Of a stretch of DNA of 64,000 bases, positions 48,058 through 58,939 are shown one piece after another. The stretch lies in the NCBI GenBank assembly GCA_963819375.1, contig CAWFVU010000002.1:430156-494155 (forward strand). Direction: 5' to 3'. The translations under genes were made by a program, and so were the position numbers. The notes under the pieces are model-generated. The model saw only the letters and a list, made by a program, of their open reading frames with translations, was not told where the DNA came from and made no database searches. The DNA comes from an uncultured Pseudomonadota bacterium. GTDB lineage: Bacteria; Myxococcota_A; Polyangia; Fen-1088. Each line of letters starts with the position of its first letter. Position 1 is the first letter of the stretch.

Positions 48058-48968
48058 TCGCGGGCGACGACTGCCGCAGCGAGCTCTTGGTCGCCGCGCG
48101 CCGCGGGCAGCTCTCGGACGGCGGGCGGCTCGCGCTCGACGCGCACCTCGCGGCCTGCGCGTCGTGCCGGATGTCTCACGCCGTGAGCTCCGACTTCGAC
48201 GGCGCCGACGCTTTCGATCTTCACGACGGCGCGCGCATCCGCGCCCTGGCCGATCGCGCGCGGAGCTGCGTGGACGGCGGCGTGCGCGTCGCCGGCCTCG
48301 CCAGTGCGGGTCGCCCGGGCGCGCGCCTTCGGCCAGCGGTCCGTCTGCGCGCCCTGGGAGCCGCCGCGGCGCTGATCGTCTTTTGCGGCTCCGCCAGCGC
48401 GGCCGTCTGGTGGTGGCGCCGCCCAGCCCCGGTGGCCCCGATGGCCGCTCCGCGCCCGCCGGCGTCGGCGTCGGCGTCGGCGCCCGCGCGGCAGGAGGCG
48501 CTCGCCCTCGCGCCCGCGGCGTCGGTCCGCGCGCGCCCGAGGCCAGCGCAGCACGCCGCTTTCGAGCCGCGCACCGGGTCGGTCAAATCAGCCGCCTCGG
48601 CCACCTCGATCTTGCAGCAGGCGACGGAGGCGCGGCAGCGGGGCGATCGGGCAGGGGCGGCCGAGCTCTACCGCCGCCTGCAGCGCCAGTTTCCGGGCTC
48701 GGCCGAGGCGGCGCTGTCGGCGATCCCCCTCGGCGGGCTCTTGCTCGGCGACGGGTTGCCGCGCGCGGCGCTGGGCCAATTTGATGACTACCTCCGGAAG
48801 GTGCAGGGCGGAGCGCTCATCCCCGAGGCGCTCTACGGTCGCGGGCGCGCGCTCGCGCGGCTCGGCGATCGGGCCGAGGAGCGCCGGACCTGGACGCGAC
48901 TCTGCGCCGATTTCCCCGACAGCGCCTACGCGCCGCTGGGACGGCATCGACTCGCCGAGCTCGAGTGA
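48054..48968 (+). CDS. anti-sigma factor (zf-HC2) with TM helix and periplasmic TPR-like domain
   Basis: ATGA overlap with the sigma gene. HLAACASCR. TM helix LGAAAALIVFCGSASAAVWWW. C-terminal YRRLQRQFPGS...ALYGRGRAL. Confidence 0.75.
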   Translation: MIAGDDCRSELLVAARRGQLSDGGRLALDAHLAACASCRMSHAVSSDFDGADAFDLHDGARIRALADRARSCVDGGVRVAGLASAGRPGARLRPAVRLRALGAAAALIVFCGSASAAVWWWRRPAPVAPMAAPRPPASASASAPARQEALALAPAASVRARPRPAQHAAFEPRTGSVKSAASATSILQQATEARQRGDRAGAAELYRRLQRQFPGSAEAALSAIPLGGLLLGDGLPRAALGQFDDYLRKVQGGALIPEALYGRGRALARLGDRAEERRTWTRLCADFPDSAYAPLGRHRLAELE

Positions 48969-50140
48969 GCCTTCGCTCCGCCGGGGCGGCGGTCGTCGTT
49001 GCCATGACGCTGGCGTCCCCGGCCGCGGCGCAGCCGGCCGCCGAGGTGCCGAACGCTGCGTCGTCGGCGCCGGCTCCGATCGAGATCATCGTGGTGGCGA
49101 GCCCGCCTCGCTTCGACCAGCTGCGCTTCGACCGGCTGCGCGCGCTGCTCGAACGCCGGCTGGCGGCGCTGGGGCCGACGAGCTGGTCACGCGCGGAACG
49201 GGTCGACGCGGGCGATGTGCTCGCTGCCTCGCCGGCGCACGCGCTGCGCTGCTGGATCGATCTGCGCGATCATGGACGTGCGCGCCTCTCCTTTGCGGCC
49301 CGGTCGGCCGAGCGATTCTTGCTGCGCGACCTGGAGCTGTCAGGCGACCTCGAGCCCTCCGGTGATCTCAGCGAGATCGATCGCGCGGCGCTGGCGGAGG
49401 TGATCGAGCTTTCGATCGGCGCGCTGCTGGAGGACGAGCGCGCCGGTCTGTCGCGCAGCGAGACGCAGGCGCTGCTCGCGCGCCGCGCCGCGCCCGCGCC
49501 GGCAGGGGCCGCCGCCGCGGGGCCCGTGCCGCGGGCACCCGGGGCGCCGTCGCCGTCGGTCGCCGCGCCCGCGCCTCTGCGGGAAGCCCCGCAGGTCGAA
49601 GCCCTGCGGTTCGAATGGGGCGTGTTCTATGCCGCCCAGGCGGTCGCCGGCGGCCTGCCGATCGACAACGGCCCGGGGCTTTCCCTGGCGCTCTCCGCAG
49701 AGGTGGGCCGGGCGTTCCATCGACCGCGGCTGTTTTCGGCCGCCTGGATCAGCGTCCAGTATCGCCTGCCCGAGACGGTGAGCGGCACGCAGGCGGGCGT
49801 GGGTCTCGAAGCGGTGGTGACCCGACTGGGGCTCGAGCTCGGGCTTTCGCGCTGGCGTCTTCGCCTGGGCGCCGGTTGGGATTTCGTTCACGTGTCACCA
49901 GAGACGACGAACCCCTCCCTGGTGCTGGCCCCTGCCCACTGGACGACGGCCGCGGCGGTGCAGGGCGCCGTTCGCGCGCAGGTCGCCCGGGTGGGGGCGG
50001 CGCACCTCTGGGTCAGCCTCCTGGCCGATCTGCTGCCGACGGCTGTGGACTACGACGTCGCCGTGGTCGGCGGTCTGGTCACCGTATTTTCGCCCTGGCG
50101 CGTCCGGCCAGGAGCCGCCCTCGAGGCGACATTTCCCTGA
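48965..50140 (+). CDS. secreted hypothetical protein, beta-rich C-terminal half (possible outer-membrane barrel)
   Basis: GTGA overlap with the anti-sigma gene. Signal MSLRSAGAAVVVAMTLASPAAA. Alternating-hydrophobic strands. Terminal ...ALEATFP. Confidence 0.5.
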   Translation: MSLRSAGAAVVVAMTLASPAAAQPAAEVPNAASSAPAPIEIIVVASPPRFDQLRFDRLRALLERRLAALGPTSWSRAERVDAGDVLAASPAHALRCWIDLRDHGRARLSFAARSAERFLLRDLELSGDLEPSGDLSEIDRAALAEVIELSIGALLEDERAGLSRSETQALLARRAAPAPAGAAAAGPVPRAPGAPSPSVAAPAPLREAPQVEALRFEWGVFYAAQAVAGGLPIDNGPGLSLALSAEVGRAFHRPRLFSAAWISVQYRLPETVSGTQAGVGLEAVVTRLGLELGLSRWRLRLGAGWDFVHVSPETTNPSLVLAPAHWTTAAAVQGAVRAQVARVGAAHLWVSLLADLLPTAVDYDVAVVGGLVTVFSPWRVRPGAALEATFP

Positions 50141-50352
50141 CCGAGCCAACCCGGCCGACGCTCTCGAACTCGAGTCACGGCCTGTGCGGAATCTTGCTCG
50201 CCGCGTCGGAAATGGAGGCGCAGCAGCTGGCCGAATCTCGTAACTTGCGGAATTCCCAATAAAAATAATTCCCCACCTGTCGTGATTCGTGTTGCCTGGA
50301 CCTACCAGGGGCGTAGATTGGCCCTCGATCGAGGTCGACGGGGGTATTGGAA

Positions 50353-51159
50353 ATGCGCAAGACAATTGTTTCTCTGGTGGCGGTGACGGTGGGTCTCTCG
50401 GCAGCCGGAGCACCGGCGCGCGCGCGCAAGGTGTCCGAGGAGACGCAACGACGCGCGCTGCTCGGTCAGCTGGCGGCGGCGTCCACGGAGGTGGCGCCGG
50501 AGGAGCGCACCGACGCCGACCTGATGTACGAAGCGATGAAGCAGTGGCACGGTGAGCCGCGGGGAAGCGCCGCGGTCGATCGGGCGCTCGCGCAGTCGAA
50601 GAAGGACATCCGGCTCGATCGCAAGCAGATCGAGGAGAAGGTCCGCAAGATGTTCTGGAAGGATCCGTTCTCCAACGAGGTGGTTCCGGTTGCGAAGTCG
50701 GACCGCGACCTGCTGAGGGCGCACGCCGCGCGCGAGTCGCGCGTGCACGACGACGCGCGGGAGGACGAGGTCGCGCGCCTGCGGGCGGAGGTCGCCGCCA
50801 CGCGCGCCGAGAACGCGCGTTTGAGATCGGAGCTCGCCCGGGCCGACGAAGGAGCGGGGAGCAGCGAGAGCGTCGTCGCGCAGACCGAGTGCGCGCTCCC
50901 CAGCCGGCGGCTGCACGCCGGCAGCTCGAGCGGCGGTCATTCCCGTCGCGACGGCGGTCAGCTGGAAGCCTTGAACGCGCCGGCGCACCACCGCCGGTCG
51001 GGGTCGTCGAAGACGCGCTCGCAGTCCGAGGCGCCGGCCGAGCCAGTCGTCGCGGCGGCGCCCGCGGAGACGGTCACCGGACCTCCGGCGGGCTGGCAGA
51101 GCAGCGATCCGCGCGGGATCATCGTCGTGCCGATCACCGCCTCGATCCGCGCGCACTAG
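50353..51159 (+). CDS. secreted hypothetical protein with coiled-coil segment
   Basis: ATG 50353 (MRKTIVSLVAVTVGLSAAGAPARA). EDEVARLRAEVAATRAENARLRSELARA. GC3-rich throughout. Confidence 0.5.
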   Translation: MRKTIVSLVAVTVGLSAAGAPARARKVSEETQRRALLGQLAAASTEVAPEERTDADLMYEAMKQWHGEPRGSAAVDRALAQSKKDIRLDRKQIEEKVRKMFWKDPFSNEVVPVAKSDRDLLRAHAARESRVHDDAREDEVARLRAEVAATRAENARLRSELARADEGAGSSESVVAQTECALPSRRLHAGSSSGGHSRRDGGQLEALNAPAHHRRSGSSKTRSQSEAPAEPVVAAAPAETVTGPPAGWQSSDPRGIIVVPITASIRAH

Positions 51160-51200
51160 CTGCGCCGCGCGCCCTCCGCGCCGGCCACGCTTGGGCGCGG

Positions 51201-51920
51201 CTACTCCTCGGCGCCCGAGACGAGGCGCTTCACGAAAGCGGTGGCCGGGTGCGCCGCCAGCGCGGCGAGCTGCCCGCGCTGCACGACGGCGCCGGCCTCG
51301 AGCACCACGACGTCCCCGGCGAGGGCCTCGGCGTCCGCGCGGTCGTGGGTCACCACCACCGTCGGCAGCGACCAGGCGCGCAGGCGCTCGGCCAGGAAGC
51401 GCCGCATGTCGCGGCGGAGGGAGACATCGAGCGCCGCCAGCGGCTCGTCGAGCAGGAGCGCCCGCGGTCGCGAGGCCAGCGCGCGGGCCAGGGCCACCCG
51501 CTGCGTCTCCCCGCCCGAAAGCTCGGCGGGACGCCGCGTCGCCAGCGCCTCGGCGTCGAGATCGCGCAGCATCTCGCGCGCCAGCCGCAGCCGCTCCGTG
51601 CGGTCGGACGCGGCGATCCCGTAGCCGACGTTGGAGAGGACGTCGAGATGAGGGAAGAGGGCGTAGCGCTGAGGAAGAAACCCAATCCGGCGCTGCTCGA
51701 CCGGGAGGTCGAGGCCGCGCTCGGCGTCGAAGAGCGGCGCGCCGTCGAGCGTGACGCGACCGCCGCTCGGTCGGGTGGCGCCCAGGATCATCATGAGCGT
51801 CTGGGTCTTCCCGGCGCCGTTGGGACCGACGAGCACCAGCGGCACGGCTTCGGCGCGGAAGGCGACATCGATCGACAGCGTGCCGGCCGTCCCCTGCAGC
51901 GCAACGTCGAGCGCGCTCAT
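51201..51920 (-). CDS. modC: molybdate ABC transporter ATP-binding protein (no TOBE domain)
   Basis: Walker A GPNGAGKT, signature LSGGETQR, Walker B LLLDEP. ATGA overlap with modB. Confidence 0.8.
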   Translation of the reverse strand: MSALDVALQGTAGTLSIDVAFRAEAVPLVLVGPNGAGKTQTLMMILGATRPSGGRVTLDGAPLFDAERGLDLPVEQRRIGFLPQRYALFPHLDVLSNVGYGIAASDRTERLRLAREMLRDLDAEALATRRPAELSGGETQRVALARALASRPRALLLDEPLAALDVSLRRDMRRFLAERLRAWSLPTVVVTHDRADAEALAGDVVVLEAGAVVQRGQLAALAAHPATAFVKRLVSGAEE

Positions 51921-52783
51921 CTTCGCGCTCCGGCGCGGATGGCGACCAGCAGCGCGAAGGCGACCGCCACCAGCAAGATCGACAGGCTCTGCGCGGTGCG
52001 CAGGTCCGATTCGAGCGCCGTGTAGATGGCCAGCGGCAGCGTCTGCGTCCGCCCGCTCATGTTGCCGGCGAACATCAACGTGGCGCCGAACTCGCCGAGC
52101 GCGCGCGCCCAGCTCATCGCCGCCCCGCCCGCCAGGCTGGGCCAGGAGACCGGGATGGCCACCGTGAAGAGGACGCGCGGTGGGGATGCGCCCAGCGTGC
52201 GCGCGACCAGAGTCAGATCGGGATCGAGGCGCCGAAAGGCGGCGATGGCGGCCTGCAGATAGAAGGGCGCGGCCACGAACGTCTGGGCCACGACCACGGC
52301 CCCGCGGGTGAACGGCAAGCCGATCCCCGCCGCCGCCAGCCCTGGGCCGAGGAGGCCCCGGCGCCCGAAGGCGAGCAGCAGCGCCACCCCCGCCACCGCG
52401 GGCGGCAGCACCACCGGCAGCTCGACGAGGGTCTCCACCACGCGCCAGACTCGGCCGGCGCCAGGCGTTCGGTCGACTTGGCCATTTCTGACTGCCAGGC
52501 TGGTCCGGCGCGCGATCACCCAGGCGAGCGGCGTGCCGCAGATCAGGATCACCAGCAGGCTGACCGTCGTGGTGAGGAGCGTCAGACGGAGCGCCGGGAG
52601 GACCAGCGGATCGGAGAGACCGGCGAGGAGCTGGCGCGGTGGCGCGGAGAAGAGCAGACCGGCGAGAGGGAGCGCCACGAGGAGCAGCAACAAGCCCGAC
52701 AGAAGCCCGAGCGCGCCCGGCCAGGCGATCGCCAGGAGCAGACGGCGCCACGCCCGGGGGCCGGCCGGCGGCGCCGCGCTCAC
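51917..52783 (-). CDS. modB: molybdate ABC transporter permease
   Basis: EAA loop ...[18 protein letters not shown]... and [15 protein letters not shown], typical of ModB/CysTW-type permeases. Confidence 0.8.
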   Translation of the reverse strand: MSAAPPAGPRAWRRLLLAIAWPGALGLLSGLLLLLVALPLAGLLFSAPPRQLLAGLSDPLVLPALRLTLLTTTVSLLVILICGTPLAWVIARRTSLAVRNGQVDRTPGAGRVWRVVETLVELPVVLPPAVAGVALLLAFGRRGLLGPGLAAAGIGLPFTRGAVVVAQTFVAAPFYLQAAIAAFRRLDPDLTLVARTLGASPPRVLFTVAIPVSWPSLAGGAAMSWARALGEFGATLMFAGNMSGRTQTLPLAIYTALESDLRTAQSLSILLVAVAFALLVAIRAGARR

Positions 52784-53592
52784 CGACCGGGACAGGGGAC
52801 GAACCCTGCCTCGCGCAGCACGGTGGCGCCGGCGGGCGAGCGCACGAGGTCGATGAAGGCGCGCGCCAGGCTGGGGCTGGGGGCCGCCTTCAGCAAGGCG
52901 ATCGGATAGACGGCCGTCACGTTGAGATCTTGCGGGATCTCCACCACAGCGACCTTGCCCTTGGCCGCGAGCGCGTCGCTGCGGTAGACGATCCCCGCGT
53001 CGGCCTCGCCGAGCACGACCTTGGCCAGCACCTGGCGAACGTTCAGCTCGCGCGAGACCACCTTGGCCTGGAGGCGCGTCGAGAAGTCGGCCCCCAGCTT
53101 CGCCGCCGCCCTCTGCCAGATCTGTACGGTGTAGGCGCCGATGGGGACCTCGGGCGCGCCGACGACGATCCGTTCGGCGCGTGGCAGGTCGGCGAAGGTC
53201 TTCAGCGAGGCCGCGAGGCCGCTGCGAACGACGACGACCGGCTCGTTGCAGGCGAAGAGGGCAGGCCCGGTGACGAGCCCCTCGGTCGCGAGCGCGTTCA
53301 TGTGGCGCTGGTCGGCCGACGCGAACACGTCCGCGACGGCGCCGTGCTCGAGCTGCGCGCGAAGCTCCTGACTGCCCGCCGTGTTGGTGACGACGTGCGT
53401 GCCGGCGTGATCCTTTTCGAACCGCGCGGCCAGCCTGGCGAACGCCTCCTTGAGCGACGCGGCCTCGAAGACCACCAGCTCACCCGCCGGCGGTTTGGCC
53501 GCGACCGCCACGCCCAGCCCGAAGGCTGTGGTGGCGACAGCTGCAGCGAGAACAGATGCGATCACGACGGAGTTGGGGCGGGCCATGCCCAT
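52780..53592 (-). CDS. modA: molybdate-binding periplasmic protein
   Basis: [53 protein letters not shown]. Start is ATG 53592 or 53586. Confidence 0.8.
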   Translation of the reverse strand: MGMARPNSVVIASVLAAAVATTAFGLGVAVAAKPPAGELVVFEAASLKEAFARLAARFEKDHAGTHVVTNTAGSQELRAQLEHGAVADVFASADQRHMNALATEGLVTGPALFACNEPVVVVRSGLAASLKTFADLPRAERIVVGAPEVPIGAYTVQIWQRAAAKLGADFSTRLQAKVVSRELNVRQVLAKVVLGEADAGIVYRSDALAAKGKVAVVEIPQDLNVTAVYPIALLKAAPSPSLARAFIDLVRSPAGATVLREAGFVPCPGR

Positions 53593-53594
53593 TT

Positions 53595-54938
53595 CTACCC
53601 CGAGGCGCCGGTCGGGGGCGCGTCCAGGTCGACCTCCACTGTCGTCCCCGCGCCCGGGGCGGAGGTCAGCTTGAACCGGCCGCCGCGGGCCCTGATTCGC
53701 TCGCGCATTCCGAGCACGCCGAGGTGGCCGCTCGCCGCGGCCTCGTCGAGGATGCCGGGGTCGAAGCCCCGTCCGTCGTCCTCGACCGACAGCGAGATGC
53801 CGGTCGCCGAGCGGACGATGCGCACCTCGAGGCGCCGGGCCGAGGCGTGGCGGAGGGCGTTGGTGATCGACTCTTGCACCACCCGGAAGCAAGCGATCTC
53901 GAGGTCGGACGGCAAGCGTGCCGCCGCTCCGGACCCCGGCTCGTCGGACTGCAGCTCGATCGCCAACCCCGAGATCTGCGCCTGGCTCTCCAGATAGACG
54001 CGCAGCGCGGAGACCAGCCCGACCTCGTCGAGGAGCGGCGGGCGAAGATCGACCGAGATCTTTCGGACGCGGGAGATCAGATCGTCGACCAGCGCGATCG
54101 GCTCGGTGCTCGGGTTGGCGACGGTGCTCGCCGGCGCGGTCGCGCGCTCGCCGAGCTGCAGCCGCAGCTTGAGCGCGGTGAGCGTCTGTCCGAGCTCGTC
54201 GTGCAGCTCGCGTGAGAGGAACCGCCGCTCCTCCTCCTTCGTGGCCTCCAGCTTCTGATGAAGCCGGCCCAGCCTGTCGTAAGCCACGCGCAGGTCTTGC
54301 GCCTGTTTGGCTCGTTCTGCCGCGGCGGCCTGGAGACGAACCAGCGCCTCGGTCACCGCGCGACCGTTGGCTTCGACATGGCGGATGACGAAGTCGATCA
54401 CCGTCATCAGCAGCACGGAGAGCAGCGAGGACGTCGTCCCCATCCGGATCCAGTTGCGCAGGCGATAGGGATCGGTGTCGGCTGCCGTCAGCGTCAAGAC
54501 GTGGTGCGACGCCAGGAAGCCGACGCCGAGGTAGGCGGCCGCCGTGACGCCGATGATCGCGAAGCCGATCCGGCGGCTCGCCGAGATGAGCGCCAGGACC
54601 GAGAACGTCGCCAGCGAGACGCTGAGCCCGGCCGTCAGGCCGATCCGCCCCAGCAGGAAGATGCTGGTGGTGCAGGCGGTGGCGAGCATCAGCAGGGAGC
54701 GGGTCGCCAGCGAGCCGCGCATGAGGCGATAAAACGGGAGCAGAAGGCCGGTCGCCGCCAGCACGGCGTCGTCGAGCCACGAACGCTGGCCCGACCGAAG
54801 AAGGAACGCCGCGGTGACCACCGGCGGCGCGATGAAGGCGGACATGGTCAACATCCCCAGCCGAACGCTCTCCCTCCAGGCGTCGGGCGCCGGCGCGCTC
54901 GGCAAGCTCGCGCTGTTCGCACCCATCTCTGCACCCAT
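53595..54938 (-). CDS. membrane sensor histidine kinase (HisKA_3/NarX-LiaS type)
   Basis: Five or six N-terminal TM helices. ERRFLSRELHDELGQTLTAL (H-box). HATPase N/G boxes ITNALRHA, DDGRGF, GLGVLGMRER. Confidence 0.88.
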   Translation of the reverse strand: MGAEMGANSASLPSAPAPDAWRESVRLGMLTMSAFIAPPVVTAAFLLRSGQRSWLDDAVLAATGLLLPFYRLMRGSLATRSLLMLATACTTSIFLLGRIGLTAGLSVSLATFSVLALISASRRIGFAIIGVTAAAYLGVGFLASHHVLTLTAADTDPYRLRNWIRMGTTSSLLSVLLMTVIDFVIRHVEANGRAVTEALVRLQAAAAERAKQAQDLRVAYDRLGRLHQKLEATKEEERRFLSRELHDELGQTLTALKLRLQLGERATAPASTVANPSTEPIALVDDLISRVRKISVDLRPPLLDEVGLVSALRVYLESQAQISGLAIELQSDEPGSGAAARLPSDLEIACFRVVQESITNALRHASARRLEVRIVRSATGISLSVEDDGRGFDPGILDEAAASGHLGVLGMRERIRARGGRFKLTSAPGAGTTVEVDLDAPPTGASG

Positions 54939-55017
54939 CTCGGCCGCGCCGACTTTATCCGAATCCAGCCCGGCGATAGCCAGCAGGATTTGGGTGTATG
55001 CTGAAACAGGTTTCGGG

Positions 55018-55680
55018 ATGCGGGTGCTGCTGGCGGACGATCACGCGTTGGTGCGGGCGGGGATTCGCGCGCTCTTGGTGGCGCTCCCCGAGGTCGAGAG
55101 CGTGACCGAGGCGGGCGATGGCCAGCAGGCGCTCGCGCTGCTGTTGGAGACGCGGCCCGACGTGGCGCTGATTGACATCGGGATGCCCGGCCTCAACGGT
55201 CTCGAGCTGGCGACGCGCGTCGGGCGCGAGGCGCCGGGGACGCGTCTCGTGATCGTCTCGATGCACGGCACGCCGGGGCACGTCGCGCAGGCCTTGCGGG
55301 CCGGCGTCAGCGGCTACGTGCTCAAGGATGCGGCGGCGGACGAGCTGCCCGTGCTGCTCCGGGCGGTGATGCGGGGCGAGACCTATCTGTCGCCGGCCAT
55401 CTCCAAGCACGTGGTCGAGGGATACCTCGGCCGAACGCCCTCGGCCGGGAGCGCGACGGGGGAGGGGGAGACGCCCGAGGTCTTGACCTCGCGCCAGCGC
55501 GAGATCCTTCAGCTGGTGGCAGAGGGAAAATCGACCAAGGAGATCGCCCAGCTTCTCGACCTCAGCGTGAAGACGGTCGAGACGCACCGGGCGCAAATCA
55601 TGGATCGCTTGGGAATCCGCGAGCTTGCAGGATTGGTTCGCTACGCGATTCGGACCGGGCTCGTCTCCTCGGACCGGTAG
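55018..55680 (+). CDS. NarL/FixJ-family response regulator (REC + LuxR HTH)
   Basis: MRVLLADDH...[49 protein letters not shown]. Divergent from the kinase gene. Confidence 0.92.
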   Translation: [220 protein letters not shown]

Positions 55681-55754
55681 CTCGGCAGGTCGGGGCCGCT
55701 CGCGCCTCGGCCCGGTCTCGGGGTTCATACCCTCGCTTCTAGGGGAGGTCACGG

Positions 55755-56252
55755 ATGGCCCCCCTTGGCCGTCCGGGCCAGTCTCAGGGCGTGACCAGCG
55801 AAAGACCGGACCTGCAGCGCATCGTGGTGGTCGACGACTCGGACGGGTTTCGCTCGCTCCTGCAGTGGTTCTTGGGATCGCTGCCCGAGGTGCAGATCGT
55901 CGCCGAGGCGCGTGACGGCTTCGACGCGATCGAGCAGGTGGAGCGCACCAAGCCTGACCTCGTGTTGATGGACGTCTGCATGCCGAAGCTCGACGGACTG
56001 CAGACCACCCGCAAGCTTCGGACCGGCGGCGAGTCGGCGCGCATCGTCCTCCTCACCGCCTACGGCGACACCATTCCGCGCTGGCTGGCCGAGGAGGTCG
56101 GTGCCGACGACGTGCTCGACAAGTCGAATCTCGGAGAGCGGCTCCGCGAGGCCGTCGTGAGCGGCGGACGCCGGCTCCCCCACAAGACCGAGGAGCCGAA
56201 CGCCGGCACGAAGACCGGCACGAAGACCGGCACGAAGACGGGAGAGAAATGA
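55755..56252 (+). CDS. stand-alone CheY-like receiver with (TKTG)3 tail
   Basis: AGGGGAGG RBS. IVVVDDS, DLVLMDVCMPKLDG, LTAY..., C-terminal [15 protein letters not shown]. Confidence 0.85.
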   Translation: MAPLGRPGQSQGVTSERPDLQRIVVVDDSDGFRSLLQWFLGSLPEVQIVAEARDGFDAIEQVERTKPDLVLMDVCMPKLDGLQTTRKLRTGGESARIVLLTAYGDTIPRWLAEEVGADDVLDKSNLGERLREAVVSGGRRLPHKTEEPNAGTKTGTKTGTKTGEK

Positions 56253-58693
56253 CGCAGGGGGAACGACACGACGCGCTTTCGCGCGTGCTGACGAGCCTGG
56301 CGGGTGTACCGCCGTCGGGCGAGGACATCAGCGACGATCGGGTGGCGGCCATCGTCGCCACGGGTCTGCTGACCCTTCCGACCACCGCCATCGACGAGGT
56401 GATCCGTCAATCGCTGGCGGCAGTCGGTCTTCAGCGCGGCGTCGACCGCGCCTACTACTACCGTCTCGACGAGGCGGCGGGAACGATCGAGCTGACGCAC
56501 GAGTGGCACGCGCCCGAGGTCGGAGCGCTGAGCGACGTCCCGAAGTACGCCCGGATGACGCTCGACCTGCTCCCGCCGGCGTTCCTGGCCAATCTGAAGC
56601 GGGGCGGGATGTTGCGGCTGCCGAGCACCCGCCAGTTTTTGGGCGGGCCGGTCGAGCAGCTGGTCGCGCCCGACGGAGATCGTGCCCTGGCGCTGGTCCC
56701 CGTCCTGGTGGACGGCCTCCTGGTGGGCGTGGCGGGATTCGCCGCCGCGCCTGGCACTCTCTGCGAACCAAAGGACCTGGTGCTCCTGCAGGTGGTCGCG
56801 CAGGGGGTGGCCCGCGCGGTCGAGCGCGGTCGGATCGACCGGGCGCTGGCGGCCAGCGAGGGACGCTTCCGCGCGACCTGTGAGGCGTCACCGTTCGGCA
56901 TCTTCCTGTCGGGTCCGCGCGGCGAGTGCCTGTACGTCAACGCCGCGGGCCAGCGGATTCTCGGGCTCTCCGCGGACGACGCGCAGGGGCGCGGATGGAT
57001 GAGCGCGCTGCACCCCGAGGATCGTGAGCAGATTGCTTCCTATTGGGGGTCCGCGGTCGAATCGGGCGCGGGATACAGGACGCCGATCCACCGCTTCGTC
57101 CATCCGAATGGCGCGGTCAGGTTCGTCGAGGTTCGGGCGGTGCCGGTGACCGGCACGCTTGGTGACCGGAACTTCCTGGGGATCCTCGAGGACGTGACCG
57201 GGCGGGTCGCCGCCGAAGCGGAGCGGCAGGAGCTGCTCGCGCGCGCCGAGGCGGCGCGCTGCGAGGCCGAGACGGCGCGCAAGGAGGCGGAGAGCGCCCG
57301 GGCGGAGGTCGCCAGCGTGCTGTCGCGCATCTCGGACGCCTTCATCGCGCTCGATCTCGAGGGGCGCTACACCTACGCCAACAATCGCGCCATCGCGATG
57401 ATGGGGCTGACCCGCGAGAATCTCCTGGGCCAGGCCGCCTGGTCGCTCTTCCCCCACATCCAGGGGAGCTCCTTTCAAGAGGCGTTCGAGCAGGCCGTGC
57501 GAGAGCAGCGTCCGGTCGCCGTCGAGGGACGCGCCACCAACGACAACCGCTGGTTCGTCGTCCGCGTCTATCCTTCCGCGACCGGTGCGTCAATCTTCTT
57601 CGAGGACGTCTCCGATCGAAAGCGCCACGAGGAGGAGCTGACCGCCGATCGCGACTACCTGCGCCAGGAGCTGGGCGGGCGCGACGCGGAGTCCGAGGTG
57701 GTCGGGCTCGATCCGGGCCTCCGGCGGGTGATGGAGACCGTCGCGCGCGTGGCCGGCACCAACACCAACGTCCTCATCACCGGTGAGACAGGAACCGGCA
57801 AGGAGCTGGTGGCGCGGGCGATTCACGACGCCAGCCCGCGGCGCGAGCGGCTCCTCGTGAAGGTGAACTGCGCGGCGATCTCGGCGGGTCTCGTGGAGAG
57901 CGAGCTGTTCGGTCACGAAAAGGGGGCCTTCACCGGCGCCGTGCAGCGGCGCAAGGGGCGCTTCGAGCTGGCGCACGGCGGAACGCTGTTCCTCGACGAG
58001 GTGGGCGAGCTTCCGCCGGAGACGCAGGTCAAACTGCTGCGCGTTCTGCAGGAGCGCGAGTTCGAGCGAGTCGGCGGCAGCGAAACGGTGCGCATCGACG
58101 TGCGCCTCATCGCCGCGACCAACCGCAACCTGCGCGAGATGGTGGCGCGCGGCCGCTTCCGCGAGGACCTCTATTACCGGCTGGCGGTCTTCCCGGTCGC
58201 GCTCCCACCGCTGCGCGAGCGGGTGGCCGACATCCCGCTCCTGGTGCGTTCGTTCCTGCTGCGGTTCGCGCGCCAGGCCGGCCGGCCGATCCAGGACGTC
58301 ACGTCCGAAGCGATGGACGAGCTCGTGAGCTACCGCTGGCCGGGGAACGTCCGCGAGCTGCAGAACGTGATCGAACGGGCGGTGATCCTGGCGCGCGGTC
58401 CATTGGTGGATCTCGATGCGCTCCCCGATCTCTCCGAGGGCGGTATGCACTCGTTCTCCGACGAGATCTCGAACGCCCACACCCCGCCGGTGATCTCCCT
58501 GCGCCCATCGGCCCCGACCATCGACGAGCTGGAGCGCGGCTACGTGGCGGAGGTCCTCGCGGAGACGAGCTGGGTCATCGAAGGCGAGCGCGGCGCCGCG
58601 CGGCGCCTCGGCCTGCACCCGAACACGCTGCGCTCGCGCCTCAAACGCTGGGGCTTGACCCGGCCGATCGATCAGCTCGGCCGCTCGGCCTAG
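56249..58693 (+). CDS. sigma-54-dependent transcriptional activator (GAF + 2 PAS + AAA+ + Fis HTH)
   Basis: [15 protein letters not shown] (Walker A), [15 protein letters not shown] (GAFTGA), [10 protein letters not shown]-terminal [25 protein letters not shown] overlap with the receiver gene. Confidence 0.92.
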   Translation: MTQGERHDALSRVLTSLAGVPPSGEDISDDRVAAIVATGLLTLPTTAIDEVIRQSLAAVGLQRGVDRAYYYRLDEAAGTIELTHEWHAPEVGALSDVPKYARMTLDLLPPAFLANLKRGGMLRLPSTRQFLGGPVEQLVAPDGDRALALVPVLVDGLLVGVAGFAAAPGTLCEPKDLVLLQVVAQGVARAVERGRIDRALAASEGRFRATCEASPFGIFLSGPRGECLYVNAAGQRILGLSADDAQGRGWMSALHPEDREQIASYWGSAVESGAGYRTPIHRFVHPNGAVRFVEVRAVPVTGTLGDRNFLGILEDVTGRVAAEAERQELLARAEAARCEAETARKEAESARAEVASVLSRISDAFIALDLEGRYTYANNRAIAMMGLTRENLLGQAAWSLFPHIQGSSFQEAFEQAVREQRPVAVEGRATNDNRWFVVRVYPSATGASIFFEDVSDRKRHEEELTADRDYLRQELGGRDAESEVVGLDPGLRRVMETVARVAGTNTNVLITGETGTGKELVARAIHDASPRRERLLVKVNCAAISAGLVESELFGHEKGAFTGAVQRRKGRFELAHGGTLFLDEVGELPPETQVKLLRVLQEREFERVGGSETVRIDVRLIAATNRNLREMVARGRFREDLYYRLAVFPVALPPLRERVADIPLLVRSFLLRFARQAGRPIQDVTSEAMDELVSYRWPGNVRELQNVIERAVILARGPLVDLDALPDLSEGGMHSFSDEISNAHTPPVISLRPSAPTIDELERGYVAEVLAETSWVIEGERGAARRLGLHPNTLRSRLKRWGLTRPIDQLGRSA

Positions 58694-58866
58694 GGCAACG
58701 GGCGCTCGGCGGAGGAACCAGGGGCCCGCCGGCCTGCGGCGTCGCCTCGCGGCTCTGCCCACGATCGGTCGTGGCAGGCTCGTGGCTGCTACGGCGGCTC
58801 GTGGCCCACGAAGGTTCGGGGCGATCGTTTCGGGCAGGTTTCCGCGACATTGGGCGATGCCGCGAT

Positions 58867-58882
58867 TGGTATGCGGGTTGCT
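58867..58882 (+). promoter_or_regulatory. sigma-54 (-24/-12) promoter candidate
   Basis: TGGTATG-CGGG-TTGCT, compared with consensus TGGCACG-N4-TTGCW. GG and GC have exact spacing. It lies 58 nt upstream of ATG 58940. Confidence 0.5.
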
Positions 58883-58939
58883 CTTGCGGTTCAGCTCAAT
58901 CACGCCGGTTGGGACGGGAAAATGACGAAGGAGGACGAG

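Noticed and set aside
58850-58939. The longer N-terminus of the kinase gene (track start 58850, MGDAAIGMRVALAV...)
   Set aside because: It has a weak start context and it overlaps the sigma-54 promoter candidate. ATG 58940 has AAGGAGG at ideal spacing.
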